From Eledone cirrhosa (lineage: Eukaryota): a stretch of 64,000 bases of DNA. The notes under the pieces are model-generated. The model was not told the origin of the DNA. It ran no database searches and worked only from the letters and a program-made list of their open reading frames with translations. Each line of letters opens with the position of its first letter. Positions within the stretch are counted from its first letter, which is position 1. Made by a program: the position numbers and the translations under genes. This document shows, in pieces, positions 42,301 through 55,300 of the stretch. The DNA is taken from contig OZ024742.1 in the NCBI GenBank assembly GCA_964016885.1, positions 331,576,001-331,640,000 on the forward strand, given 5' to 3'.

Positions 42301-43550
42301 ATTGAAGGTTCTTTTTGGCAGAAGAGAGGATTTAGTGGCAGTTGGGGTGAACACTGAATATTGAAGGTTATATTTGGCAGAAGAGAGGATTTAGTGGCAG
42401 TTGGGGTGAACACTGAATATTGAATATTGAAGTTTATTTTTGCAGAAGAGAGGATTTAGTGACAGTTGGGGTGAACACTGAACACTGAATATTGAATATT
42501 GAAGGTTATTTTTGCAGAAGAGAGGATTTAGTGGCAGTTGGGGTGAACACTGAACACTGAATATTGAATATTGAAGGTTATTTTTGCAGAAGAGAGGATT
42601 TAGTGGCAGTTGGGGTGAACACTGAACACTGAATATTGATTATTGAAGGTTATTTTTGCAGAAGAGAGGATTTAGTGGCAGTTGGGGTGAACAATGAACA
42701 CTGAACACTGAATATTGAAGGTTATTTTTGCAGAAGAGAGGATTTAGTGGTAGTTGGGGTGAACACTGAACACTGAATATTGAATATTGAAGGTTATTTT
42801 TGGCAGAAGAGAGGATTTAGTGGCAGTTGGGGTGAACACTGAACACTGAATATTGAAGGTTATTTTTGCAGAAGAGAGGATTTAGTGGCAGTTGGGGTGA
42901 ACACTGAACACTGATCACTGAATATTGAAGGTTATTTTTGGCAGACGAGAGGATTTAGTGGCAGTTGGGGTGAAGACTGAACACTGAATATTGAATATTG
43001 AAGGTTATGTTTGGCATAAGAGAGGACTTAGTGGCAGTTGGGGTGAACACTGAACACTGAATATTGAATATTGAAGGTTATCTTTGCAGAAGAGAGGATT
43101 TAGTGGCAGTTGGTGTGAACACTGATCACTGAATATTGAATATTGAAGGTTATTTTTGCAGAAGAGAGGATTTAGTGGCAGTTGGGGTGAACACTGAACA
43201 CTGAATATTGAATATTGAAGGTTATTTTTGCATAAGAGAGGATTTAGTGGCAGTTGGGTGAACACTGAACGCTGAACACTGAATATTGAAGGTTCTTTTT
43301 GCAGAAGAGAGGATTTAGTGGCAGTTGGGGTGAACACTGAACACTGAATATTGAAGGTTATTTTTGGCAGAAGAGAGGATTTAGTGGCAGTTTGGGTGAA
43401 CACTGAACACTGAATATTGAATATTGAAGGTTATTTTTGGCAGAAGAGAGGATTTAGTGGCAGTTGGGGTGAACACTGAACACTGATTATTGAAGGTTAT
43501 TTTTGGCAGAAGAGAGGATTTAGTGGCAGTTTGGGTGAACACTGAACACT
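33400..43550 (+). repeat. Block of ~4 kb present twice (offset 6070-6077 bp) with a truncated ~1.7-kb third copy in between (~37500-39220)
   Basis: ORF pairs 33883/39953 and 36935/43005 (6070), and 38127/39953 (1826). GAGCATTTAGTGTC and GGCAGGTGGGTTGAACACTCAAC each occur three times in this region (~34600/38844/40670 and ~34890/39134/40960). TATGTTTGGCATAAG occurs twice. Confidence 0.9.
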
Positions 43551-45590
43551 GAATATTGAATATTGAAGGTTATTTTTGGCAGAAGAGAGGATTTAGTGGC
43601 AGTTGGGGTGAACACTGAACAATGAATATTGAAGGTTATTTTTGGCAGAAGATAGGATTTAGTGGCAGTTGGGGTGAACACTGAACACTGAACACTGAAT
43701 ATTGAAGGTTATTTTTGGCAGAAGAGAGGATTTAGTGGCAGTTGGGGTGAACACTGAACACTGAATATTGAAGGTTATTTTTGCAGAAGAGAGGATTTAT
43801 GGCAGTTGGGGTGAACACTGAACACTGAACACTGAATATTGAAGGTTATTTTTGCAGAAGAGAGGGTTTAGTGGCAGTTGGGGTGTACACTGAACACTGA
43901 ATATTGAATATTGAAGGTTATTTTTGGCAGAAGAGAGGATTTAGTGGCAGTTGGGCTGAACACTGAACACTGAATATTGAATATTGAAGGTTATATTTGC
44001 AGAAGAGAGGATTTAGTGGTAGTTGGGTGAACACTGAACACTGAACACTGAATATTGAAGGTTCTTTTTGTAGAAGAGAGGATTTAGTGGCAGTTGGGGT
44101 GAACACTAAACACTGAATATTGAAGGTTATTTTTGGCAGAAGAGAGGATTTAGTGGCAGTTGGGGTGAACACTGAACACTGAATATTGAATATTGAAGGT
44201 TATTTTTGCAGAAGAGAGGATTTAGTGGCAGTTGGGGTGAACACTGAACACTGAATATTGAATATTGAAGGTTATTTTTGGCAGAAGAGAGGATTTAGTG
44301 GCAGTTGGGGTGAACACTGAACACTGAATATTGAAGGTTATTTTTGGCAGAAGAGATGATTTAGTTGCAGTTGGGATGAACACTGAACACTGAATATTGA
44401 AGGTTATTTTTGCAGAAGAGAGGATTTAGTGGCAGTTGGGGTGAACACTGAACACTGAATATTGAAGGTTGTTTTTGCAGAAGAGAGGATTTACTGGCAG
44501 TTGGGGTGAACACTGAACACTGAATATTGAATATTGAAGGTTATTTTTGGCAGAAGAGAGGATTTAGTGGCAGTTGGGGTGAACACTGAACACTGAATAT
44601 TGAAGGTTGTTTTTGCAGAAGAGAGGATTTAGTGGCAGTTGGGGTGAACACTGAACACTGAATATTGAATATTGAAGGTGATTTTTGCAGAAGAGAGGAT
44701 TTAGGGGCAGTAGGGGTGAACACTGAACACTGAATATTGAAGGTTATTTTTGGCATAAGAGAGGATTTAGTGGCAGTTTGGGTGAACACTGAACACTGAA
44801 TATTGAATATTGAAGGTTATTTTTGGCAGAAGAGAGGATTTAGTGGCAGTTGGGGTGAACACTGAACACTGATTATTGAAGGTTATTTTTGGCAGAAGAG
44901 AGGATTTAGTGGCAGTTTGGGTGAACACTGAACACTGAATATTGAATATTGAAGGTTATTTTTGGCAGAAGAGAGGATTTAGTGGCAGTTGGGGTGAACA
45001 CTGATCACTGAATATTGAAGGTTATTTTTGGCAGAAGATAGGATTTAGTGGCAGTTGGGGTGAACACTGAACACTGAACACTGAATATTGAAGGTTATTT
45101 TTGGCAGAAGAAAGGATTTAGTGGCAGTTGGGGTGAATACTGAACACTGAATATTGAAGGTTATTTTTGCAGAAGAGAGGATTTATGGCAGTTGGGGTGA
45201 ACACTGAACACTGAACACTGAATATTGAAGGTTATTTTTGCAGAAGAGAGGGTTTAGTGGCAGTTGGAGTGTACACTGAACACTAAATATTGAATATTGA
45301 AGGTTATTTTTGGCAGAAGAGAGGATTTAGTGGCAGTTGGGCTGAACACTGAACACTGAATATTGAATATTGAAGGTTATATTTGCAGAAGAGAGGATTT
45401 AGTGGTAGTTGGGTGAACACTGAACACTGAACACTGAATATTGAAGGTTCTTTTTGTAGAAGAGAGGATTTAGTGGCAGTTGGGGTGAACACTAAACACT
45501 GAATATTGAAGGTTATTTTTGGCAGAAGAGAGGATTTAGTGGCAGTTGGGGTGAACACTGAACACTGAATATTGAATATTGAAGGTTATT
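43380..45590 (+). repeat. Block repeat of ~0.8 kb at offset 1386 bp, with a further related copy near 47900-48450
   Basis: Identical 84-aa ORFs at 43918, 45304 and 48224. The copies share GTGGTAGTTGGGTG and GGTTCTTTTTGTAG. Confidence 0.8.
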
Positions 45591-46770
45591 TTTGGCAGAA
45601 GAGAGGATTTAGTGGCAGTTGGGGTGAACACTGAACACTGAATATTGAAGGTTATTTTTGGCAGAAGAGAGGATTTAGTGGCAGTTGGGGTGAACACTGA
45701 ACATTGAATATTGAATATTGTAGGTTATTTTTGCAGAAGAGAGGATTTTGTGGCAGTAGGGGTGAACGCTGAACACCGAATTTTGAATATTGAAGTTTAT
45801 TTTTGCAGAAGAGAGGATTTAGTGGCAGTTGGGGTGAACACTGAACACTGAATATTGAATATTGAAGGTTATTTTTGCAGAAGAGAGGATTTAGTGGCAG
45901 TTGGGGTGAACACTGAACACTGAATATTGAATATTGAAGGTTATTTTAGCCAGAAGAGAGGATTTAGTGGCAGTTGGGGTGAACACTGAACACTGAATAT
46001 TGAAGGTTATTTTTGGCAGAAGAGATGATTTAGTTGCAGTTGGGATGAACACTGAACACTGAATATTGAAGGTTATTTTTGCAGAAGAGAGGATTTAGTG
46101 GCAGTTGGGGTGAACACTGAACACTGAATATTGAATATTGAAGGTTATTTTTGGCAGAAGAGAGGATTTAGTGGCAGTTGGGGTGAACACTGAACACTGA
46201 ATATTGAAGGTTATTTTTGGCAGAAGAGAGGATTTAGTGGCAGTTGGGGTGAACACTGAACATTGAATATTGAATATTGTAGGTTATTTTTGCAGAAGAG
46301 AGGATTTTGTGGCAGTAGGGGTGAACGCTGAACACCGAATTTTGAATATTGAAGTTTATTTTTGCAGAAGAGAGGATTTAGTGGCAGTTGGGTTGAACAC
46401 TGAACACTGAATATTGAATATTGAAGGTTATTTTTGCAGAAGAGAGGATTTAGTGGCAGTTGGGTTGAACACTGAACACTGAATATTGAATATTGAAGGT
46501 TATTTTAGCCAGAAGAGAGGATTTAGTGGCAGTTGGGGTGAACACTGAACACTGAATATTGAAGGTTATTTTTGGCAGAAGAGATGATTTAGTTGCAGTT
46601 GGGATGAACACTGAACACTGAATATTGAAGGTTATTTTTGCAGAAGAGAGGATTTAGTGGCAGTTGGGGTGAACACTGAACACTGAATATTGAATATTGA
46701 AGGTTATTTTTGGCAGAAGAGAGGATTTAGTGGCAGTTGGGGTGAACACTGAACACTGAATATTGAAGGT
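45570..46770 (+). repeat. Eight-monomer tandem duplication, period 559 bp
   Basis: TGTAGG at 45721/46280 and TTTTAGCCAG at 45950/46509. Monomer lengths sum to 73+66+72+72+72+73+66+65 = 559. Confidence 0.87.
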
Positions 46771-49700
46771 TGTTTTTGCAGAAGAGAGTATTTATTGGCA
46801 GTTGGGGTGAACACTGAACACTGAACACTGAATATTGAAGGTTATTTTTGCAGAAGAGAGGATTTAGGGGCAGTAGGGGTGAACACTGAACACTGAATTT
46901 TGAATATTGAAGTTTATTTTTGCAGAAGAGAGGATTTAGTGGCAGTTAGGGTGAACACTGAACACTGAATATTGAATATTGAAGGTTATTTTTGCAGAAG
47001 AGAGGATTTAGTGGCAGTTGGGGTGAACACTGAACACTGAATATTGAATATTGAAAGTTATTTTTGCAGAAGAGAGGATTTAGTGGCAGTTGGGGTGAAC
47101 ACTGAACACTGAATATTGAAGGTTGTTTTTGCAGAAGAGAGGATTTAGTGGCAGTTGGGGTGAACACTGAACATTGAATATTGAATATTGTAGGTTATTT
47201 TTGCAGAAGAGAGGATTTTGTGGCAGTAGGGGTGAACGCTGAACACTGAATTTTGAATATTGAAGTTTATTTTTGCAGAAGAGAGGATTTAGTGGCAGTT
47301 GGCGTGAACACTGAACACTGAATATTGAAGGTTATTTTTGGCAGAAGAGATGATTTAGTTGCAGTTGGGGTGAACACTGAACACTGAATATTGAAGGTTA
47401 TTTTTGCAGAAGAGAGGATTTAGTGGCAGTTGGGGTGAACACTGAACACTGAATATTGAATATTGAAGGTTATTTTTGCAGAAGAGAGGATTTAGCGGCA
47501 GTTGGCGTGAACACTGAACACTGAATATTGAAGGTTATTTTTGGCAGAAGAGATGATTTAGTTGCAGTTGGGATGAACACTGAACACTGAATATTGAAGG
47601 TTATTTTTGCAGAAGAGAGGATTTAGTGGTAGTTGGGGTGAACACTGAACACTGAATATTGAATATTGAAGGTTATTTTTGGCAGAAGAGAGGATTTAGT
47701 GGCAGTTGGGGTGAACACTGAACACTGAATATTGAGGGTTGTTTTTGCAGAAGAGAGGATTTAGTGGCAGTTGGGGTGAACACTGAACACTGAATATTGA
47801 ATATTGAAGGTTATTTTTGCAGAAGAGAGGATTTAGGGGCAGTAGGGGTGAACACTGAACACTGAATATTGAAGGTTATTTTTGGCAGAAGAGAGGATTT
47901 AGTGGCAGTTTGGGTGAACACTGAACACTGAATATTGAATATTGAAGGTTATTTTTGGCAGAAGAGAGGATTTAGTGGCAGTTGGGGTGAACACTGAACA
48001 CTGAATATTGAAGGTTTTTTTGGCAGAAGATAGGATTTAGTGGCAGTTGGGGTGAACACTGAACACTGAACACTGAATATTGAAGGTTATTTTTGGCAGA
48101 AGAGAGGATTTAGTGGCAGTTGGGGTGAACACTGAACACTGAATATTGAAGGTTATTTTTGCAGAAGAGAGGGTTTAGTGGCAGTTGGGTGTACACTGAA
48201 CACTGAATATTGAATATTGAAGGTTATTTTTGGCAGAAGAGAGGATTTAGTGGCAGTTGGGCTGAACACTGAACACTGAATATTGAATATTGAAGGTTAT
48301 ATTTGCAGAAGAGAGGATTTAGTGGTAGTTGGGTGAACACTGAACACTGAACACTGAATATTGAAGGTTCTTTTTGTAGAAGAGAGGATTTAGTGGCAGT
48401 TGGGGTGAACACTAAACACTGAATATTGAAGGTTATTTTTGGCAGAAGAGAGGATTTAGTGGCAGTTGGGGTGAACACTGAACATTGAATATTGAATATT
48501 GTAGGTTATTTTTGCCGAAGAGAGAATTTTTTGGCAGTAGGGGTGAACGCTGAACACCGAATTTTGAATATTGAAGTTTATTTTTGCAGAAGAGAGGATT
48601 TAGTGGCAGTTGGGGTGAACACTGAACACTGAATATTGAATATTGAAGGTTATTTTTGCAGAAGAGAGGATTTAGTGGCAGTTGGGGTGAACACTGAACA
48701 CTGATTATTGAATATTGAAGGTTATTTTTGCCAGAAGAGAGGATTTTGTGGCAGTTGGGGTGAACACTGAACACTGAATATTGAAGGTTATTTTTGCAGA
48801 AGAGAGGATTTAGTGGTAGTTGGGGTGAACACTGAACACTGAATATTGAATATTGAAGGTTATTTTTGCAGAAGATAGGATTTAGGGGCAGTAGGGGTGA
48901 ACACTGAACACTGAATTTTGAATATTGAAGTTTATTTTTGCAGAAGAGAGGATTTAGTGGCAGTTAGGGTGAACACTGAACACTGAATATTGAACATTGA
49001 AGGTTATTTTTGCAGAAGAGAGGATTTAGTGGCAGTTGGGGTGAACACTGAACACTGAATATTGAATATTGAAAGTTATTTTTGCAGAAGAGAGGATTTA
49101 GTGGCAGTTGGGGTGAACACTGAACACTGAATATTGAATACTGAAGTTTATTTTTGCAGAAGAGAGGATTTAGTGACAGTTGGGGTGAACACTGAACACT
49201 GAATATTGAATATTGAAGGTTATTTTTGCAGAAGAGAGGATTTCGTGGCAGTTGGGGTGAACACTGAACACTGAATATTGAATATTGAAGGTTAATTTTG
49301 CAGAAGAGAGGATTTAGTGGCAGTTGGGGTGAACACTGAACACTGAATATTGAATATTGAAGGTTATTTTTGCAGAAGAGAGGATTTAGTGGCAGTTGGG
49401 ATGAACAATGAACACTGAACACTGAATATTGAAGGTTATTTTTGCAGAAGAGAGGATTTAGTGGCAGTTGGGGTGAACACTGAACACTGAATATTGAATA
49501 TTGAAGGTTATTTTTGCAGAAGAGAGGATTTAGTGGCAGTTGGGGTGAACACTGAACACTGAATATTGAAGGTTGTTTTTGCAGAAGAGAGGATTTAGTG
49601 GCAGTTGGGGTGAACACTGAACACTGAATATTGAATATTGAAGGTTATTTTTGCAGAAGAGAGGATTTAGGGGCAGTAGGGGTGAATACTGAACACTGAA

Positions 49701-49949
49701 TTTTGAATATTGAAGTTTATTTTTGCAGAAGAGAGGATTTAGTGGCAGTTAGGGTGAACACTGAACACTGAATATTGAATATTGAAGGTTATTTTTGCAG
49801 AAGAGAGGATTTAGTGGCAGTTGGGGTGAACACTGAACACTGAATATTGAATATTGAAAGTTATTTTTGCAGAAGAGAGGATTTAGTGGCAGTTGGGGTG
49901 AACACTGAACACTGAATATTGAATATTGAAGTTTATTTTTGCAGAAGAG

Positions 49950-52350
49950 AGGATTTAGTGACAGTTGGGGTGAACACTGAACACTGAATATTGAATATTG
50001 AAGGTTATTTTTGCAGAAGAGAGGATTTAGTGGCAGTTGGGGTGAACACTGAACACTGAATATTGAATATTGAAGGTTATTTTTGCAGAAGAGAGGATTT
50101 AGTGGCAGTTGGGGTTAACAATGAACACTGAATATTGAAGGTTATTTTTGCAGAAGAGAGGATTTAGTGGCAGTTGGGGTGAACACTGAACACTGATCAC
50201 TGAATATTGAAGGTTATTTTTGGCAGACGAGAGGATTTAGTGGCAGTTGGGGTGAACACTGAACATTGAATAATGAATATTGAAGGTTATTTTTGGCAGA
50301 AGAGAGGATTTAGTGGCATTTAGGGTGAACAATGAACACTGAATATTGAATATTGAAGGTTATTGTTGGCAGAAGAGAGGATTTAGTGGCAGTTGGGTTG
50401 AACACTGAACACTGAATATTGAAGGTTATTTTTGCAGAAGAGAGGATTTAGTGGCAGTTGGGGTGAACACTGAACACTGAACACTGAATATTGAAGGTTA
50501 TTTTTGGCAGACGAGAGGATTTAGTGGCAGTTGGGGTGAACACTGAACACTGAATATTGAATATTGAAGGTTATCTTTGGCAGAAGAGAGGATTTAGTGG
50601 CAGTTGGGCTGAACACTGAACACTGAATATTGAATATTGAAGGTTATATTTGCAGAAGAGAGGATTTAGTGGCAGTTGGGTGAACACTGAACACTGAACA
50701 CTGAATATTGAAGGTTCTTTTTGTAGAAGAGAGGATTTAGTGGCAGTTGGGGTGAAAACAAAACACTGAATATTGAAGGTTATTTTTGGCAGAAGAGAGG
50801 ATTTAGTGGCAGTTGGGGTGAACACTGAACACTGAATATTGAATATTGAAGGTTATCTTTGGCAGAAGAGAGGATTTAGTGGCAGTTGGGGTGAACACTG
50901 AACACTGAATATTGAAGGTTATTTTTGGCAGAAGAGAGGATTTAGTGGCAGTTGGGGTGAACACTGTCAATTGAATATTGAATATTGTAGGTTATTTTTG
51001 CAGAAGAGAGGATTTAGTGGCAGTAGGGGTGAACGCTGAACACCGAATTTTGAATATTGAAGTTTATTTTTGCAGAAGAGAGGATTTAGTGGCAGTTGGG
51101 GTGAACACTGAACACTGAATATTGAATATTGAAGGTTATTTTTGCAGAAGAGAGGATTTAGTGACAGTTGGGGTGAACACTGAACACTGAATATTGAATA
51201 TTGAAGTTTATTTTTGCAGAAGAGAGGATTTAGTGGCAGTTGGGGTGAACACTGAACACTGAATATTGAATATTGAAGGTTATTTTTGCAGAAGAGAGGA
51301 TTTAGTGGCAGTTGGGGTTAACACTGAACACTGAATATTGAAGGTTATTTTTGCAGAAGAGAGGATTTAGTGGCAGTTGGGGTGAACACTGAACACTGAT
51401 CACTGAATATTGAAGGTTATTTTTGGCAGACGAGAGGATTTAGTGGCAGTTGGGGTGAACACTGAACATTGAATATTGAATATTGAAGGTTATTTTTGGC
51501 AGAAGAGAGGATTTAGTGGCATTTAGGGTGAACAATGAACACTGAATATTGAATATTGAAGGTTATTGTTGGTAGAAGAGAGGATTTAGTGGCAGTTGGG
51601 TTGAACACTGAACACTGAATATTGAAGGTTATTTTTGCAGAAGAGAGGATTTAGTGGCAGTTGGGGTGAACACTGAACACTGAACACTGAATATTGAAGG
51701 TTATTTTTGGCAGACGAGAGGATTTAGTGGCAGTTGGGGTGAACACTGAACACTGAATATTGAATATTGAAGGTTATCTTTGGCAGAAGAGAGGATTTAG
51801 TGGCAGTTGGGCTGAACACTGAACACTGAATATTGAATATTGAAGGTTATATTTGCAGAAGAGAGGATTTAGTGGCAGTTGGGTGAACACTGAACACTGA
51901 ACACTGAATATTGAAGGTTCTTTTTGTAGAAGAGAGGATTTAGTGGCAGTTGGGGTGAAAACAAAACACTGAATATTGAAGGTTATTTTTGGCAGAAGAG
52001 AGGATTTAGTGGCAGTTGGGGTGAACACTGAACACTGAATATTGAATATTGAAGGTTATCTTTGGCAGAAGAGAGGATTTAGTGGCAGTTGAGGTGAACA
52101 CTGAACACTGAATATTGAAGGTTATTTTTGGCAGAAGAGAGGATTTAGTGGCAGTTGGGGTTAACACTGAAAATTGAATATTGAATATTGTAGGTTATTT
52201 TTGCAGAAGAGAGGATTTAGTGGCAGTAGGGGTGAACGCTGAACACCGAATTTTGAATATTGAAGTTTATTTTTGCAGAAGAGAGGATTTAGTGGCAGTT
52301 GGGGTGAACACTGAACACTGAATATTGAATATTGAAGGTTATTTTTGCAG
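49950..52350 (+). repeat. Tandem block duplication, period 1203 bp
   Basis: ORFs at 50571/51774. The private variants TGAAAACAAAACAC (~50753/51956) and GGCATTTAGGG (~50316/51519) occur in both copies. Confidence 0.87.
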
Positions 52351-55300
52351 AAGAGAGGATTTAGTGGCAGTTGGGGTGAACACTGAACACTGAATATTGA
52401 ATATTGAAGGTTATTTTTGGCAGAAGAGAGGATTTAGTGGCAGTTGGGGTGAACACTGAACACTGAATATTGAAGGTTATTTTTGTCAGAAGAGATGATT
52501 TAGTTGCAGTTGGGATGAACACTGAACACTGAATATTGAAGGTTATTTTTGCAGAAGAGAGGATTTAGTGGCAGTTGGGGTGAACACTGAACACTGAATA
52601 TTGAATATTGAAGGTTATTTTTGGCAGAAGAGAGGATTTAGTGGCAGTTGGGGTGAACACTGAACACTGAATATTGAAGGTTGTTTTTGCAGAAGAGAGG
52701 ATTTAGTGGCAGTTGGGGTGAACACTGAACACTGAATATTGAATATTGAAGGTTATTTTTGCAGAAGAGAGGATTTAGGGGCAGTAGGGCTGAACACTGA
52801 ACACTGAATTTTGAATATTGAAGTTTATTTTTGCAGAAGAGAGGATTTAGTGGCAGTTAGGGTGAACACTGAACAATGAATATTGAATATTGAAGGTTAT
52901 TTTTGCAGAAGAGAGGATTTAGTGGCAGTTGGGGTGAACACTGAACACTGAATATTGAATATTGAAGGTTATTTCTGCAGAAGAGAGGATTTAGTGGCAG
53001 TTGGGGTGAACACTGAACACTGAATATTGAATATTGAAGGTTATTTTTGCAGAAGAGAGGATTTAGTGGCAGTTGGGGTGAACAATGAACACTGAACGCT
53101 GAATATTGAAGGTTATTTTTGCAGAAGAGAGGATTTAGCGGCAGTTGGGGTGAACACTGAACACTGAATATTGAATATTGAAGGTTATTTTTGCAGAAGA
53201 GAGGATTTAGTGGCAGTTGGGGTGAACACTGAACACTGAACACTGAATATTGAAGGTTATTTCTGGCAGAAGAGAGGATTTAGTGGCAGTTAGGGTGAAC
53301 AATGAACACTGAATATTGAATATTGAAGGTTATTGTTGGCAGAAGAGAGGATTTAGTGGCAGTTGGGTTGAACACTGAACACTGAATATTGAAGGTTATT
53401 TTTGCAGAAGAGAGGATTTAGTGGCAGTTGGGGTGAACACTGAACACTGAACACTGAATATTGAAGGTTATTTTTGGCAGACGAGAGGATTTAGTGGCAG
53501 TTGGGGTGAACACTGAACACTGAATATTGAATAATGAAGGTTATCTTTGGCAGAAGAGAGGATTTAGTGGCAGTTGGGCTGAACACTGAACACTGAATAT
53601 TGAATATTGAATGTTATCTTTGGCAGAAGAGAGGATTTAGTGGCAGTTGGGTGAACACTGAACACTGAACACTGAATATTGAAGGTTCTTTTTGTAGAAG
53701 AGAGGATTTAGTGGCAGTTGGGGTGAACATTAAACACTGAATATTGAAGGTTATTTTTGGCAGAAGAGAGGATTTAGTGGCAGTTGGGGTGAACACTGAA
53801 CATTGAATATTGAATATTGTAGGTTATTTTTGCAGAAGAGAGGATTTAGTGGCAGTAGGGGTGAACGCTGAACACCGAATTTTGAATATTGAAGTTTATT
53901 TTTGCAGAAGAGAGGATTTAGTGGCAGTTGGGGTGAACACTGAACACTGAATATTGAATATTGAAGGTTATTTTTGCAGAAGAGAGGATTTAGTGGCAGT
54001 TGGGGTGAACACTGAACACTGAATATAGAATATTGAAGGTTATTTTTGGCAGAAGAGAGGATTTAGTGGCAGTTGGGGTGAACACTGAACACTGAATATT
54101 GAAGGTTATTTTTGGCAGAAGAGATGATTTAGTTGCAGTTGGGATGAACACTGAACACTGAATATTGAAGGTTATTTTTGCAGAAGAGAGGATTTAGTGG
54201 CAGTTGGGGTGAACACTAAACACTGAATATTGAATATTGAAGGATATTTTTGGCAGAAGAGAGGATTTAGTGGCAGTTGGGGTGAACACTGAACACTGAA
54301 TATTGAAGGTTGTTTTTGCAGAAGAGAGGATTTAGTGGCAGTAGGGCTGAACACTGAACACTGAATTTTGAAGGTTATTTTTGCAGAAGAGAGGATTTAG
54401 GGGCAGTAGGGCTGAACACTGAACACTGAATTTTGAATATTGAAGTTTATTTTTGCAGAAGAGAGGATTTAGTGGCAGTTAGGGTGAACACTGAACACTG
54501 AATATTGAATATTGAAGGTTATTTTTGCAGAAGAGAGGATTTAGTGGCAGTTGGGGTGAACACTGAACACTGAATATTGAATATTGAAGGTTATCTTTGC
54601 AGAAGAGAGGATTTAGGGGCAGTAGGGCTGAACACTGAACACTGAATTTTGAATATTGAAGTTTATTTTTGCAGAAGAGAGGATTTAGTGGCAGTTAGGG
54701 TGAACACTGAACACTGAATATTGAATATTGAAGGTTATTTTTGCAGAAGAGAGGATTTAGTGGCAGTTGGGGTGAACACTGAACACTGAATATTGAATAT
54801 TGAAAGTTATTTTTGCAGAAGAGAGGATTTAGTGGCAGTTGGGGTGAACACTGAACACTGAATATTGAATATTGAAGTTTATTTTTGCAGAAGAGAGGAT
54901 TTAGTGACAGTTGGGGTGAACACTGAACACTGAATATTGAATATTGAAGGTTATTTTTGCAGAAGAGAGGATTTAGTGGCAGTTGGGGTGAACACTGAAC
55001 ACTGAATATTGAATATTGAAGGTTATTTTTGCAGAAGAGAGGATTTAGTGGCAGTTGGGGTGAACACTGAACACTGAATATTGAATATTGAAGGTTATTT
55101 TTGCAGAAGAGAGGATTTAGTGGCAGTTGGGGTGAACAATGAACACTGAACACTGAATATTGAAGGTTATTTTTGCAGAAGAGAGGATTTAGTGGCAGTT
55201 TGGGTGAACACTGAACACTGAATATTGAATATTGAAGGTTATTTTTGCAGAAGAGAGGATTTAGTGGCAGTTGGGGTGAACACTGAACACTGAATATTGA

